Below, piece by piece: positions 1 through 10,112 of a stretch of 64,000 nt of DNA; positions within the stretch are counted from its first letter, which is position 1, and each line of letters starts with the position of its first letter. The DNA is from an uncultured Actinomycetota bacterium (GTDB lineage: Bacteria > Actinomycetota > Actinomycetes > Streptosporangiales > Streptosporangiaceae). Location of the stretch: contig CAWFUM010000007.1 in assembly GCA_963818995.1 (NCBI GenBank), positions 15,392 through 79,391 on the forward strand, in the 5' to 3' direction. Under the pieces are notes generated by a model. It was not told the DNA's origin, did no database searches, and saw nothing but the letters and a program-made list of their open reading frames with translations. Position numbers and translations under genes: made by a program.

Positions 1-84
1 GATCATCTCAGTAGCCGGGGACCTCAGCGCGCCCGGCGAGCGCGGGAAGGGTGAGCCGCTTTCGTTTTCGCGTACGATCCGGTT

Positions 85-732
85 ATGACCACTGCGGAGC
101 CCGCGGTCGGGCTGCGGGAGCGCAAGAAGCGCCAGACCCGGCAAGCCATCCTGGAGGTGGCGGCCGAGTTGTTCGACGCGCGCGGCTACGACCAGGTCAC
201 CGTCGCCGAGATCGCCGACAGCGCGAACGTGTCGGTCAAGACGCTCTTCACCTACTTCCGGTCCAAGGAGGATCTGGCCTTCGACGGGGAGGACCGGCTG
301 CTCGATCGGCTCGCGGCCGCGATCAGGTCCCGGCCCGACGGCACGTCGGCGGTGGCCGCGGTCGCCGGGACGCTGTCCGCCCTGGTCGCATCCGACCCGG
401 ATGAGATGGACGGGCTCGAAAGATACCACCGCCTGGTTGGCACCAGCGAGGCCCTGCAGTCCCGGCTGCGCCGGATGTGGGCGTTCTATGAGGACGCCCT
501 GACCGCCGTGCTGGTGCAGGAGACCGACGGTCCCGATAGCGGTCCTCGCGCGCGGCTCACCGCGTTCATGCTGGTCGGGCTGGTCAGATCGGTCACGTCT
601 CCCGAGGTGCTGACCGAGGTCAGGGCGCACCACTCGGCAGCGGCGCGCCGGGATGCGCTGCGCTCGTGGATCGCCACCGCTGCTGCGCTGGTGGAGTGCC
701 TGGAGCAGCACGAGCAGAACGTCCGGGGTTAG
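85..732 (+). CDS. TetR/AcrR family transcriptional regulator
   Basis: 215-aa ORF with an N-terminal TetR-type HTH (RERKKRQTRQAILEVAAELFDARGYDQVTVAEIADSANVSVKTLFTYFRSKEDL). Confidence 0.85.
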   Translation: MTTAEPAVGLRERKKRQTRQAILEVAAELFDARGYDQVTVAEIADSANVSVKTLFTYFRSKEDLAFDGEDRLLDRLAAAIRSRPDGTSAVAAVAGTLSALVASDPDEMDGLERYHRLVGTSEALQSRLRRMWAFYEDALTAVLVQETDGPDSGPRARLTAFMLVGLVRSVTSPEVLTEVRAHHSAAARRDALRSWIATAAALVECLEQHEQNVRG

Positions 733-1269
733 CTACCCGTCCACTGCCCTGACCCGGTCCGGCGGCGCCAGCCCGGACGGGGTGCTGCCGTCCCGGATGT
801 CGATGCCGTCGAACCACCCGCACCGGGGGTCGCCGGGCGGCCGGTCGAATCTGGTCACGTAGGGCTTGATATCCAGCACCGGCGTGCCGTCCAGGACATC
901 GACGCCGGCGAATCTGACCGCCGTGCCGGTGATCTGGACAACCCGGATCAGGCTGAGCCCGATGGGACTGACCCGGCGCGGTCCGCGGGTGGCGAAGATG
1001 CCCAGCCGCCGTCCCTGCGCCCGGAGCAGGTACGGCACCTGCCGCAGCGCCGGGCCTCCGGGCGCCTGGTCGCGCGGCTGGTGCAGCCAGGTCAGCAGCC
1101 ACGCGTAGTCGAAGTCTGCGAGTCCGTCCAGGCCCTCGGCGTACTGGTCGTCAACCTCCAGGACGGCCTGCTCGTCCCGGTTGAGGCCGGACTGGATCGG
1201 CGTTCGCTCGGTCAGCGTGTAGCTGCTGCGCACGACGCCGATGACGGTCAGGGGGACGGGCTGGCTCAT
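733..1269 (-). CDS. TsaA/TrmO-like (YaeB, UPF0066) SAM-dependent tRNA methyltransferase
   Basis: ORF 733..1290. The likely start is the ATG at 1269 (MSQPVPLTVIGVVRSSY...). Family-typical segments: VIGVVRS, LEVDDQYAEGLDGLADFDYAWLLTWLH, GIFATRGPRRVSPIGLSL, VDVLDGTPVLDIKPY. Confidence 0.7.
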   Translation of the reverse strand: MSQPVPLTVIGVVRSSYTLTERTPIQSGLNRDEQAVLEVDDQYAEGLDGLADFDYAWLLTWLHQPRDQAPGGPALRQVPYLLRAQGRRLGIFATRGPRRVSPIGLSLIRVVQITGTAVRFAGVDVLDGTPVLDIKPYVTRFDRPPGDPRCGWFDGIDIRDGSTPSGLAPPDRVRAVDG

Positions 1270-1288
1270 GCGAGCTATTGTCCGCACC

Positions 1289-1924
<636 letters not shown>

Positions 1925-1959
1925 AGGCCCGGCCTCAGTTCGCAGCGTAGTGCCTCGGG

Positions 1960-3447
1960 CTACAGCAGCGTGGTAACCGCCTTGACCTCGGTGTAATTGT
2001 TAAGAACTTCGTGACCCATCTCACGGCCCCAGCCCGACTGCTTGTAGCCGCCGAAGGGCAGCGAGGCGTCGAACACGTTGTAGCAGTTGATCCAGACCGT
2101 CCCGGCCCGCAGCTTCTTCGCCAGCGCGTGCGCCTTGGAGATGTCGCGCGTCCAGATGCCGGCGCCGAGGCCGTACTCGCTGTCGTTGGCCTGGCCGGCG
2201 ATCTCGTCGAGGTTGCTGAAGGGGGCCGCCACCACGACCGGCCCGAAGATCTCCTCGCGCACCACCTTCATGTCCGGCCGCGTGTTGGTCAGCACGGTCG
2301 GCTCGATGAAGTAGCCCCGGTCACCGTGGCGGCCGCCGCCCGCCAGCGCGGTCGCGCCGTCGGTCCGGCCGGACTCCAGGAATCCGCTCACGCGCTGGAA
2401 CTGCTCCTCCGACACCAGCGGGCCCATCTGGGTCGTGGGGTCGAGCCCGGAGCCGAGCTTGATGGACTTGGCGATTTCGGCGACGCCGTCGACGACCTCG
2501 TCGAACCTGCTCTCCTGGACGAAGAGCCGGGAGCCGGCCACGCAGCACTGGCCGTGGTTGAAGAAGATCGCGTTCGCGGCGCCCTCGATGGCGGCGTCCT
2601 CGGCGTCGTCGAACACGATGTTCGGGCTCTTGCCGCCGAGCTCCAGGGTCAGCTTTTTCAGGTTGCTGGCACCGGCTGCGCCGACGATCAGCTTGCCGAC
2701 TTCAGTCGATCCGGTGAACGCGACCTTGTCGACGTCGCTGTGCGCGGCCAGCGCCGCTCCGGCGGTCTCGCCAAAGCCGGCCACGACGTTGACCACGCCC
2801 TCGGGTACGCCCGCTTCGGCGATGAGCCCGGCCAGCCGCAGTGCCGTGAGCGGCGTCTGCTCGGCCGGCTTGAGCACCACGGTGCAGCCGGTCGTCAGCG
2901 CCGGGCCGAGCTTCCACGCCGCCATGAGCAGCGGGAAGTTCCACGGGATGATCTGCCCGACGACGCCGATCGGCTCGCGCAGCGTGTAGGAGTGGAAGTT
3001 CGCGCCGGGCATGTAGGGCACCGAGATGTTGATGGTGTTGCCCTCGATCTTCGTGGCCCAGCCCGCCATGTAGTGGAACAGGTCGGCGGCCAGCGGCACG
3101 TCGGCGCCGAGCGCGACGGCGTAGGGCTTGCCGTTGTCGAGCGACTCGAGCTGGGCAAGCTCTTCCGCGTGCTCGAGGATGAGGTCGCCGATCTTCCAGA
3201 TGATGCGGCCGCGGTCGGACGGGCTCAGCCGGCTCCACGGGCCCTCGAATGCCGCACGGGCAGCGCGCACCGCGCGGTTGATGTCCTCGGCGTCGCCCTC
3301 GGCGACGCGGGCCAGGGTCTCTCCGGTAGCGGGGTTCGGCGTCTCGAACGTACGGCCGGATGCCGCGTCCACCCACTGTCCGTTGATGAACAGCTGACGG
3401 GGCGAACCGATGAATGCCTCAACGTTGCGGTCAAGGGTCACCGTCAT
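1960..3447 (-). CDS. NAD(P)+-dependent aldehyde dehydrogenase
   Basis: 495 aa with ALDH signatures LTLELGGKSP and FFNHGQCCVAGSR (catalytic Cys). An AAGGAG RBS precedes the ATG at 3447. Confidence 0.9.
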   Translation of the reverse strand: MTVTLDRNVEAFIGSPRQLFINGQWVDAASGRTFETPNPATGETLARVAEGDAEDINRAVRAARAAFEGPWSRLSPSDRGRIIWKIGDLILEHAEELAQLESLDNGKPYAVALGADVPLAADLFHYMAGWATKIEGNTINISVPYMPGANFHSYTLREPIGVVGQIIPWNFPLLMAAWKLGPALTTGCTVVLKPAEQTPLTALRLAGLIAEAGVPEGVVNVVAGFGETAGAALAAHSDVDKVAFTGSTEVGKLIVGAAGASNLKKLTLELGGKSPNIVFDDAEDAAIEGAANAIFFNHGQCCVAGSRLFVQESRFDEVVDGVAEIAKSIKLGSGLDPTTQMGPLVSEEQFQRVSGFLESGRTDGATALAGGGRHGDRGYFIEPTVLTNTRPDMKVVREEIFGPVVVAAPFSNLDEIAGQANDSEYGLGAGIWTRDISKAHALAKKLRAGTVWINCYNVFDASLPFGGYKQSGWGREMGHEVLNNYTEVKAVTTLL

Positions 3448-3739
3448 GATGAACCATCTCCTTGCTCAGCGGGGACGGCGGCGGCCACCGCCCTTGCGGC
3501 CTGCGGCAGCTCCGGGCACGGTCCAGCCTGGAGCTGGCTCAGCCAGTAGTCACCATGAGACTACAGAGTGGCCGGTGACACAAGGCCGCGCCGGTTTGTG
3601 GCGATCTCACAATGAGGCATCCGGCGCACATCGCGACGGCACCGGCCCGGAATAGGCCGGCCGCCCGCGCGGCTGAACAGGCGACCGGGGCAGCCCACGC
3701 TGCTGACCGTCATGAGGCCGGTGAGGCGGACAGGGAGAC

Positions 3740-5116
3740 ATGGTCGTGGCGATACCGCGTACCGCGGCGTTCTGGGTGATGGGCGGCCTGCTCGGGTTGC
3801 TGATGATCGCGGCGGCGGCCCCGTCGCCGCTGTATGCCGTGTACCAGGCTGACTGGCACTTCTCGGCGGCGACGCTGACCACGGTATTTGCCGTGTATGT
3901 CGTCGCGCTGCTCGCGGCTTTCCTGATCGCCGGCCGGCTGTCGGATCACATCGGCAGGCGGCCGGTCATCATCGCGGCCCTGCTGACCGAGATCGCCGCG
4001 ATGGCCTGCTTCATCGCGGCCGGGTCGGTACCGCTGCTCTACGTCGCGCGGACCGTTCAGGGCGTCGCGACCGGGGCCGCGATCGGCGCGGTCAGCGCCG
4101 CTCTGGTAGATCTTCAGCCTGACGACCGCTCGCAGCTCGCGTCGCTGGTGAACAGCGCCGCTCCCACGACCGGCCTTGCTATCGGGGCGCTCGCGGCCAG
4201 CTTCCTGGTGCAGTACGGCCCGGCCCCGCTGCGACTGGTCTACTGGCTGCTGCTCGGCGGCTGCGCGGCCGGCATCGCCCTGGTCGCCTGCGTGCGGGAG
4301 CCAGGCGAGCGGCGGCCGGGCGCGCTGGCCTCGCTGCGCCCCCAGGCCGGCGTACCCAGGCACTCCTGGCGCGCGTTCGCGGCCGGGACGCCGGCGCTGA
4401 TCGCGGGCTGGGCCCTGGGCGGCCTGTACCTGGCACTGGGCCCGTCCATCGCGGCCGAGCTGCTGCATTCCGCCGACGCCGTCGCGGGCGGTCTGGTGAT
4501 CTTCCTGCTCTGCGTGGTCGGCGCGGTCACCTCGGTGCTGCGCCGCGGGGCTAGCGCGCGGGCGGCAATGATCGGCGGTTCGCTGCTGCTGGCCATCGGC
4601 GTGGGCGGCACGGTGATTGCGGTCGCCGCGGCCAGTGCCGCGGGGTTCTTCGTCTGCACCGCTTTCGCCGGCTCCGGCTTCGGACTCGCATTCCTCGGTA
4701 CCTTCAGGAGTCTCAGTGCCCTCGCGCCGCCGAGCGGCCGGGCGGGCCTGATCGCCACCATTTACATCATCTCGTATCTCGCGTTCAGCCTGCCCGTCAT
4801 CGCGGCCGGAATCGCCGTGACCCACGTCGGCCTGCACGACACCGCCATCGTCTACGGCTGCGCTGTCGCCGCGCTGGCGCTGGCGGCGGCGGCGGTCAGC
4901 CTCGTCCAGCGCCCCGGCGGACCGGCGGCCGCCAGGCAGCCCGCGGCCGCCGGGCAGCCCGCGGCCGGCGCCGCGTTGTCACCGGCCGGGCCGGCGCTGC
5001 CGCCAGGGCCCGGCAGCGCACCGCTATGCGTGACCGCGGTGCAGTCCGTGGTGCAGTCCGGGGAGGGCGGCGCCGTGGGCAGCCAGGAACCGGGCCGGGC
5101 CGGCCCGCACCGCTAG
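3740..5116 (+). CDS. MFS transporter
   Basis: 458 aa, multi-TM hydrophobic profile, MFS loop motif GRLSDHIGRRPV, Ala/Pro-rich C-terminal tail. An AGGGAG RBS precedes the ATG at 3740. Confidence 0.85.
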   Translation: MVVAIPRTAAFWVMGGLLGLLMIAAAAPSPLYAVYQADWHFSAATLTTVFAVYVVALLAAFLIAGRLSDHIGRRPVIIAALLTEIAAMACFIAAGSVPLLYVARTVQGVATGAAIGAVSAALVDLQPDDRSQLASLVNSAAPTTGLAIGALAASFLVQYGPAPLRLVYWLLLGGCAAGIALVACVREPGERRPGALASLRPQAGVPRHSWRAFAAGTPALIAGWALGGLYLALGPSIAAELLHSADAVAGGLVIFLLCVVGAVTSVLRRGASARAAMIGGSLLLAIGVGGTVIAVAAASAAGFFVCTAFAGSGFGLAFLGTFRSLSALAPPSGRAGLIATIYIISYLAFSLPVIAAGIAVTHVGLHDTAIVYGCAVAALALAAAAVSLVQRPGGPAAARQPAAAGQPAAGAALSPAGPALPPGPGSAPLCVTAVQSVVQSGEGGAVGSQEPGRAGPHR

Positions 5117-6090
5117 CGTTCCGCCGGCCCGCCAAGGGCGGCGGCCACCGCGGTGCCGAGCGCCCGCGCGACGGGCGGCGGGAACGCGTTGCCAACCTGG
5201 CGGTAAGCCGCCGTCTTGCGGCCGCAGAACTGCCAGCAGTCAGGAAAGCCCTGCAGGCGCGCGACCATCGCGACGGTCAGCTTGGGCAGGCCGTCGGGCG
5301 GGAACGCCGGGCCAGGCGGGCTGTCGGCGATGCCGAGGCCATCGACCCCGAGCTCGCGCCAGGCAGCACGGGCGCGGGTCGGGCCGAGATCGGGGCCGCC
5401 GTGCTTCTTGCTGCCGCCGACGATAGTGGGCGCGATCCGGGCCGCGCGCGTGGCCCAGCCGGCCGCGCCGGGCCAGCCGGCCGAGCCCATCAGGCCCGCG
5501 AGCGTGCCGCCGACCGTGGGCTGCGGGGGCGGCAGCGGCTCCGGCCACCGGAACCGCCCCGCCCACGGCTCGGTGATCGCTACCAGCACGAACCTCGGCC
5601 GGAGCTGGGGCACGCCGTGCTCGCTGGCATGGATCAGCTGCCACCAGGCGCGGAAGCCGAGCGCGCCCAGGCGGCCGACAACCTGCGCACGGTAGCTGTC
5701 GAAGCGGGCCGCCGCGAGTCCGCGGACGTTCTCCAGCAGAATGGCACGCGGGCGGATCTCAGCGGCCAGCCGCAGCGCCTGCGGGAACAAGTCGCGCTCG
5801 TCGTCGCTGCCGAGTTGTTTCCCGGCGATCGAGAACGGCGGGCACGGCACCCCGCCGGCCAGCAGGTCGACGTCGGCGAACGCGTGACCGTCGACATTGG
5901 CCACGTCATCCTCGATGACTTTCCAGCCGGGCCTGTTGGCGCGGAGCGTGCTGCACGCGTCGGGGTCGATCTCGATCGCCGCGGCATGGCTGAAGCCCGC
6001 CTGCTCGAGCCCGAGGGCCTGGCCGCCGGCGCCCGCGCAGATCTCCACGACCGTCAGCTCACGCACGCATCCTCCGGCATTCGGTGTCAA
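5113..6090 (-). CDS. DNA (cytosine-5)-methyltransferase (Dcm-type)
   Basis: Motif I EICAGAGGQALGLEQAGF, motif IV GGVPCPPFS, motif VI LLENVRGL, motif X QVGNAFPPPVA. The start may be the internal GTG (VRELTVVE). The stop overlaps the MFS stop by 4 nt (convergent). Confidence 0.85.
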   Translation of the reverse strand: MTPNAGGCVRELTVVEICAGAGGQALGLEQAGFSHAAAIEIDPDACSTLRANRPGWKVIEDDVANVDGHAFADVDLLAGGVPCPPFSIAGKQLGSDDERDLFPQALRLAAEIRPRAILLENVRGLAAARFDSYRAQVVGRLGALGFRAWWQLIHASEHGVPQLRPRFVLVAITEPWAGRFRWPEPLPPPQPTVGGTLAGLMGSAGWPGAAGWATRAARIAPTIVGGSKKHGGPDLGPTRARAAWRELGVDGLGIADSPPGPAFPPDGLPKLTVAMVARLQGFPDCWQFCGRKTAAYRQVGNAFPPPVARALGTAVAAALGGPAER

Positions 6091-6207
6091 GGCCCGATTC
6101 TGCCGGCCGCCGCCGCCGCCGCGCAGTTCCCACGCCGGTACCTGCCGCGCGGAGCCCGAACTCGGCTCGTCTGCCTGGCTCGGCGGCGCGCTGCCGACGA
6201 CCGGGGG

Positions 6208-6238
6208 TTGACTTCGCGCCTAAACTGCATACAGTTTT
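6208..6238 (+). promoter_or_regulatory. Predicted promoter (TTGACT-16 nt-TACAGT) with embedded operator AAACTGCATACAGTTT (copy 1)
   Basis: TTGACT at 6208-6213, TACAGT at 6230-6235, motif at 6222-6237. Architecture is the same as the copy at 12422-12451. Lies upstream of the FAD oxidase gene. Confidence 0.55.
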
Positions 6239-6370
6239 GCTCACGCGATGACGTCCGGACGTGCGCGCGAACCCTGGCAACCGGTGTGAGCCGGCGCCCG
6301 GTGCGGTCATCTCAGCGTGCCCGCCGCCGGCTGCGCCGGCGCCGCCCGTCCTGAGGAAGGCGAAGGAGTC

Positions 6371-7813
6371 ATGACTTCCAGCACCACGAGCGCGCCGGAC
6401 GGCATCATCGACGCCACAGCCCGGCAGAAGATCATCGGAGCCCTGCAGGGCCGGTTCGGCGGCACGATCACCGAGCCCGGCGGTCCCGGCTACGAGAAAG
6501 CCAGGACTGTCTGGAACGCCATGGTCGACAAGCGTCCCGGCCTGATCCTGACCTGCACCAGCACTGCTGACGTCGTGGCCGCCGTCGATGTTGCCCGCGA
6601 GTTCGCGCTGTCCCCGTCGGTGCGGTGCGGCGGCCACAACGTGGCCGGCAAGGCGCTGTCCGATGGCGGCCTGACGATCGACCTCGGCGGCCTGCGGGAG
6701 GTGACTGTCGATGCCGGGCGGCACCTGGCGCACGTCGGCGGTGGCTGCCGGCTCGGTGATGTCGACGCGGCCACCGGGCCGCTCGGGATGATCGTGCCCG
6801 CCGGCATCATGTCCGAGACCGGAGTGGCGGGCCTCGCGCTCGGCGGCGGCATCGGCTGGTTCTCCCGCAAGCACGGGCTGACCTGTGACAACTTCGCTGA
6901 ACTGGAGGTCGTGCTGGCCTCGGGCGAGGTCGTGACCGCGTCGCCGGCCGAGCACCAGGACCTGTTCTGGGCCCTGCGCGGCGGCGGCGGCAACTTCGGC
7001 ATCGTCACCAGGTTCACCTTCCACACCTTCGACTTCGGCCCGATGATGCGAATCGGGGTGTCCCTGTACCACCCCGGTCAGGCGGCGCAGGCGCTGCGGG
7101 AGTACGCGGCCATCTACCCGGCACTCGGCCGGGACGTCGGCTTCCATGCCGCGCTCAAGCACGACATGCCCGCGTTGCCGTTCGTACCGCCCGAACTAGT
7201 CGGAGCGCGGATGCTGATGCTGATCTCCATGTGGCTGGAGGACGCCGAAGATCCGGAGGGCACCGAACTGATCGGCCGCCTGAGCTCGGTCGGCGAGCCT
7301 GCGGTCACGGCGTCGACGGTGCTGCCGTTCGGGGCCGGAGTCCAGCACCTCATTGACGAGGAGTTCTGCGACGGGCACAGGTACTACACCAAGGAAGCCC
7401 ACCTCCAGTCGCTGACCGACGAGGCGATCGACATCCTGGTTGACTTCTTCCGCGACATGCCGATGGGCGGCGAGGTCGAGATCCTCGGCCTGGGCGGCGC
7501 TATCGACGACGTCGCCGAGGGCGAGTCCGCGTTCTCGAACCGTCAGTACCAGATGTGGCTGAACTTCGCGATGGCCTGGGATGATGCCTCCCTCGACGCT
7601 GACTACATCGCGCAGATCCGCTCCTGCGCGGCCGCGCTGAAGCCCTGGACCGGCGACGGCGTCTACGTGAACATGCTCAACGCCGACGAGGACCAGCCCG
7701 ACCGTGTCGTCGAGGCCTACGGCCAGGACAAGTACGCCCGGCTGGGTCAGATCAAGGCTCAGTACGACCCCGGCAACCTGTTCCGGGTGAACTACAACAT
7801 CACTCCGCGCTGA
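6371..7813 (+). CDS. FAD-binding oxidoreductase (FAD_binding_4 / BBE-like)
   Basis: ATG at 6371 after a GAAGGAG RBS. Contains RCGGHNVAGKAL, GVAGLALGGGIGW, FWALRGGGGNFGIVT and the C-terminal BBE-like NLFRVNYNI. Confidence 0.85.
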   Translation: MTSSTTSAPDGIIDATARQKIIGALQGRFGGTITEPGGPGYEKARTVWNAMVDKRPGLILTCTSTADVVAAVDVAREFALSPSVRCGGHNVAGKALSDGGLTIDLGGLREVTVDAGRHLAHVGGGCRLGDVDAATGPLGMIVPAGIMSETGVAGLALGGGIGWFSRKHGLTCDNFAELEVVLASGEVVTASPAEHQDLFWALRGGGGNFGIVTRFTFHTFDFGPMMRIGVSLYHPGQAAQALREYAAIYPALGRDVGFHAALKHDMPALPFVPPELVGARMLMLISMWLEDAEDPEGTELIGRLSSVGEPAVTASTVLPFGAGVQHLIDEEFCDGHRYYTKEAHLQSLTDEAIDILVDFFRDMPMGGEVEILGLGGAIDDVAEGESAFSNRQYQMWLNFAMAWDDASLDADYIAQIRSCAAALKPWTGDGVYVNMLNADEDQPDRVVEAYGQDKYARLGQIKAQYDPGNLFRVNYNITPR

Positions 7814-7898
7814 CATCCGGCGGAGCCGGGCGTTTCTTTCCGGCAGTGGCCGCAGCGCATTGCCCAACCACCGCCAGGCTGCCTACAGTTGGTCCTGG

Positions 7899-7913
7899 AA
7901 CTGCATACAGTTT
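7899..7913 (+). promoter_or_regulatory. Operator motif copy 2 (AACTGCATACAGTTT)
   Basis: Exact 15/16 match to the other copies, 29 nt upstream of the ATG at 7942. A half-site-like CTACAGTT lies at 7883-7890. Confidence 0.5.
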
Positions 7914-7941
7914 CCTTCGCTCGCACAGACGGGAGCCCCCC

Positions 7942-8295
7942 ATGAGCCGCAATGTCGCCGCCATCTTCGCCGACATCGATGCGTTCGACCCCGACAAGTT
8001 CGTTGCCCACCTGACCGAGGACGTGACCTTCCGCTTCGGGAACGGGGAGCCCGTCGTCGGCCGCGCGCATGTGCGCGACGCGGTGGCCGGCTTCTTCACG
8101 ACCATCGCCGGCCTGACCCATCACATCCTCAGCGTCTACGAGGCAGGTGACATCAGCGTCGCCCAGATCGATGTCGAGTACGTGCGGCAGGACGGCAAGC
8201 ACGTCACCGTGCCGAACGCCGACATCCTGCGCTTCGACGGCGATCTCGTCAGCAACTGGCAGATCTATATCGACCTGGCGCCGGTCTTCGCCTGA
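7942..8295 (+). CDS. SnoaL-like / NTF2-fold protein
   Basis: 117 aa from the ATG at 7942 (GGGAG RBS). Size and pattern (FVAHLTEDVTFRFGNGEPVVGRAHVRDAV..F...) are typical of SnoaL_2 cyclase-like proteins. The fold assignment is by resemblance only. Confidence 0.55.
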   Translation: MSRNVAAIFADIDAFDPDKFVAHLTEDVTFRFGNGEPVVGRAHVRDAVAGFFTTIAGLTHHILSVYEAGDISVAQIDVEYVRQDGKHVTVPNADILRFDGDLVSNWQIYIDLAPVFA

Positions 8296-8304
8296 GGAGT
8301 CCTC

Positions 8305-9279
8305 GTGATCGAGCTCACCGACATCGCCTACGTCCGGTCCGGCGTCGGCGACCTGGACAAGGCAGTGACGTTCGCGACCGAGATCGTCGGGCTGGAACTG
8401 ATCGCGCCGGTTCCTGCGTCGGTCGGAGCAGCCCCGGCAGCCGGGGCTTTCGGGGCCGGAGCTGGTGCGAGCTCCGGCACCGGTGCCGGCGAGCCGTCCG
8501 CCCCGGCCGGGCGGGTGGCGCAGCTGCGGGCGGACTCCCGGCATCACTGCCTCGCGCTGGTGGAAGGGCCTTCCGGAGTCATCGCGTCCGGTTTCGCGGT
8601 CGCGGACGAGGACGCGCTGGCCGCAGCCGAGTCAGAGCTTGAGGCCGCCGGGTTCACCGTGAGCCGGGGCTCCGCGGCGGATGCCAGGGACCGGCGGGTG
8701 CGCTCGTACCTCGGCTTCAGCGACCCGTTCGGGAATCGCATCGAGCTGGTCGCCCATCAGGTGACGGTGACCAGGCCGGTGCACTTCACCCGGCCGGCCG
8801 GGATCACCGAATTCGGTCACCTGTGCCTCGACGCGACCGATGTGCGCGAGGCCTACCGGTTCTGGCACGCACATTTCAATGCCCGCGTCTCGGACTGGGT
8901 CGGCGACGCCGCCTGCCTGATCCGCATCGATCCCGTGCATCACAAGCTTGCGGTGTTCAAAGGCGACGGACCGGGCCTGTGCCACATGAACTTTCAGGTG
9001 GCCACCATCGACGACGTCTTCAGGAACTGGCACTTCCTGACCGACCACGGCGTCGAGATTGAGATGGGACCCGGCCGCCACCCGCAGTCAACGGCAGTCT
9101 TCCTGTACTTCCTGGGCCCGGAGGGCTTCACCTACGAGTACTCCTACGGGGTCCGCCGGATCGAGGACGACGCAGCCTGGCGGCCCCGGACGTTCGATCC
9201 GGACGAGCCCGGATCCATCGACATGTGGCTCGGCCCGCAGCGGAAGCCGAGCACGCAGCCACAGCTGGGAGCGCAGTGA
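8305..9279 (+). CDS. Two-domain extradiol ring-cleavage dioxygenase (VOC superfamily, BphC-like)
   Basis: 324 aa, GTG start. The N-domain (IAYVRSGVGDLDKAVTFATEIVGLE) and C-domain (FGHLCLDATDVREAYRFW....HHKLAVF....LCHMNFQV....GPGRHPQSTAVFLYFLGPEGFTYEYSYG) match type I extradiol dioxygenases. Confidence 0.8.
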   Translation: MIELTDIAYVRSGVGDLDKAVTFATEIVGLELIAPVPASVGAAPAAGAFGAGAGASSGTGAGEPSAPAGRVAQLRADSRHHCLALVEGPSGVIASGFAVADEDALAAAESELEAAGFTVSRGSAADARDRRVRSYLGFSDPFGNRIELVAHQVTVTRPVHFTRPAGITEFGHLCLDATDVREAYRFWHAHFNARVSDWVGDAACLIRIDPVHHKLAVFKGDGPGLCHMNFQVATIDDVFRNWHFLTDHGVEIEMGPGRHPQSTAVFLYFLGPEGFTYEYSYGVRRIEDDAAWRPRTFDPDEPGSIDMWLGPQRKPSTQPQLGAQ

Positions 9280-10103
9280 CCGAGTACATCCGCGTACGGG
9301 CCGGCGGCACCGACACGGCTGTCATTGACACGGGCGATCCTGGCCGCGGCGCGCCGCCGGTCCTGCTGCTGCACGGGTCAGGTCCGGGCGTCAGCGCCGC
9401 CGCGAACTGGCGGCCGGTTATCCCGGCACTGAGCGCGCGGCGCCGGGTGATCGCGCCGGATCAGCTCGGATTCGGCGGCACGGCGACAGGCGACAAGCAC
9501 AGGTACGGGCGGGCGGCCTGGACCGAGCACGCGCTCGGCCTCCTGGACGAGCTTGGCGTCAGCCAGTGTGATGTGATCGGCAACTCGATGGGCGGCGCGG
9601 TCGCGCTGTCGATGGCAGCGGCACGTCCAGAGGTCATCAGGCGGATCGTGCTGATGGGGACCATGGGCGTCGCCATGGCGCTGCCGCCGGGCCTGTCCAC
9701 GATCTGGGCCTACCGGCCGAGCACCGAGGCGATGCGGGAGGTGATCGGCCTGTTCGCCTGCAACCGCGCGCTCATCACCGATGAGCTCGTGCAGATGCGC
9801 TACGAGGCCAGTCTCCACCCGCCCGTCCGGGACTCGTGGGAGGCCATGTTCCCGGCACCCCGGCAGCGCTGGGTGGACGACCTGGCACTGTCGGGGAGCG
9901 AGCTCAACGGCGTCACTCAGCCGGTGCTGCTGGTGCACGGCCGGGACGACCTGGTGGTGCCGTGGCGGTCCTCTTCGGGGGTCATGATCGACCTGCTGCC
10001 TGACTGCAGGCTGCACCTGATCGGCGGCTGCGGGCACTGGACGATGATCGAGAGAACAGCCGAGTTCCTCGGTGTCGCGGAGCCGTTCTTCGCCGCGGTG
10101 TGA
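9276..10103 (+). CDS. Alpha/beta hydrolase, meta-cleavage-product (C-C bond) hydrolase-like
   Basis: The GTG at 9276 overlaps the upstream stop (GTGA). Contains VLLLHGSGPGVSAAANW, the nucleophile elbow VIGNSMGGAVAL, and the C-terminal GHW. Confidence 0.8.
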   Translation: MTEYIRVRAGGTDTAVIDTGDPGRGAPPVLLLHGSGPGVSAAANWRPVIPALSARRRVIAPDQLGFGGTATGDKHRYGRAAWTEHALGLLDELGVSQCDVIGNSMGGAVALSMAAARPEVIRRIVLMGTMGVAMALPPGLSTIWAYRPSTEAMREVIGLFACNRALITDELVQMRYEASLHPPVRDSWEAMFPAPRQRWVDDLALSGSELNGVTQPVLLVHGRDDLVVPWRSSSGVMIDLLPDCRLHLIGGCGHWTMIERTAEFLGVAEPFFAAV

Positions 10104-10112
10104 GAGCGCCGG

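Noticed and set aside
2011-3549. Long antisense or 'shadow' ORFs opposite clearly assigned genes. Examples: 2011..3549(+), 3710..4837(-), 5026..6354(+), 6059..7162(-), 13038..14759(-), 15180..16157(+) and 18688..19707(+). Further examples are 20133..21074(-), 21096..22268(-), 40367..41512(-), 44726..46327(-), 46742..47854(-), 55908..57044(-) and 57185..58240(-).
   Set aside because: They are Arg/Pro/Gly/Ala-rich translations typical of the non-coding frames of ~70% GC DNA. Each overlaps a gene with strong family motifs on the other strand or frame, and none has a recognisable domain.
6247-6288. 13-codon ORF (MTSGRAREPWQPV*) starting about 12 nt after the predicted -10 of the FAD oxidase promoter, as a possible leaderless leader peptide.
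   Set aside because: It has no conservation evidence, is very short, and has unremarkable composition. It cannot be supported from sequence alone.
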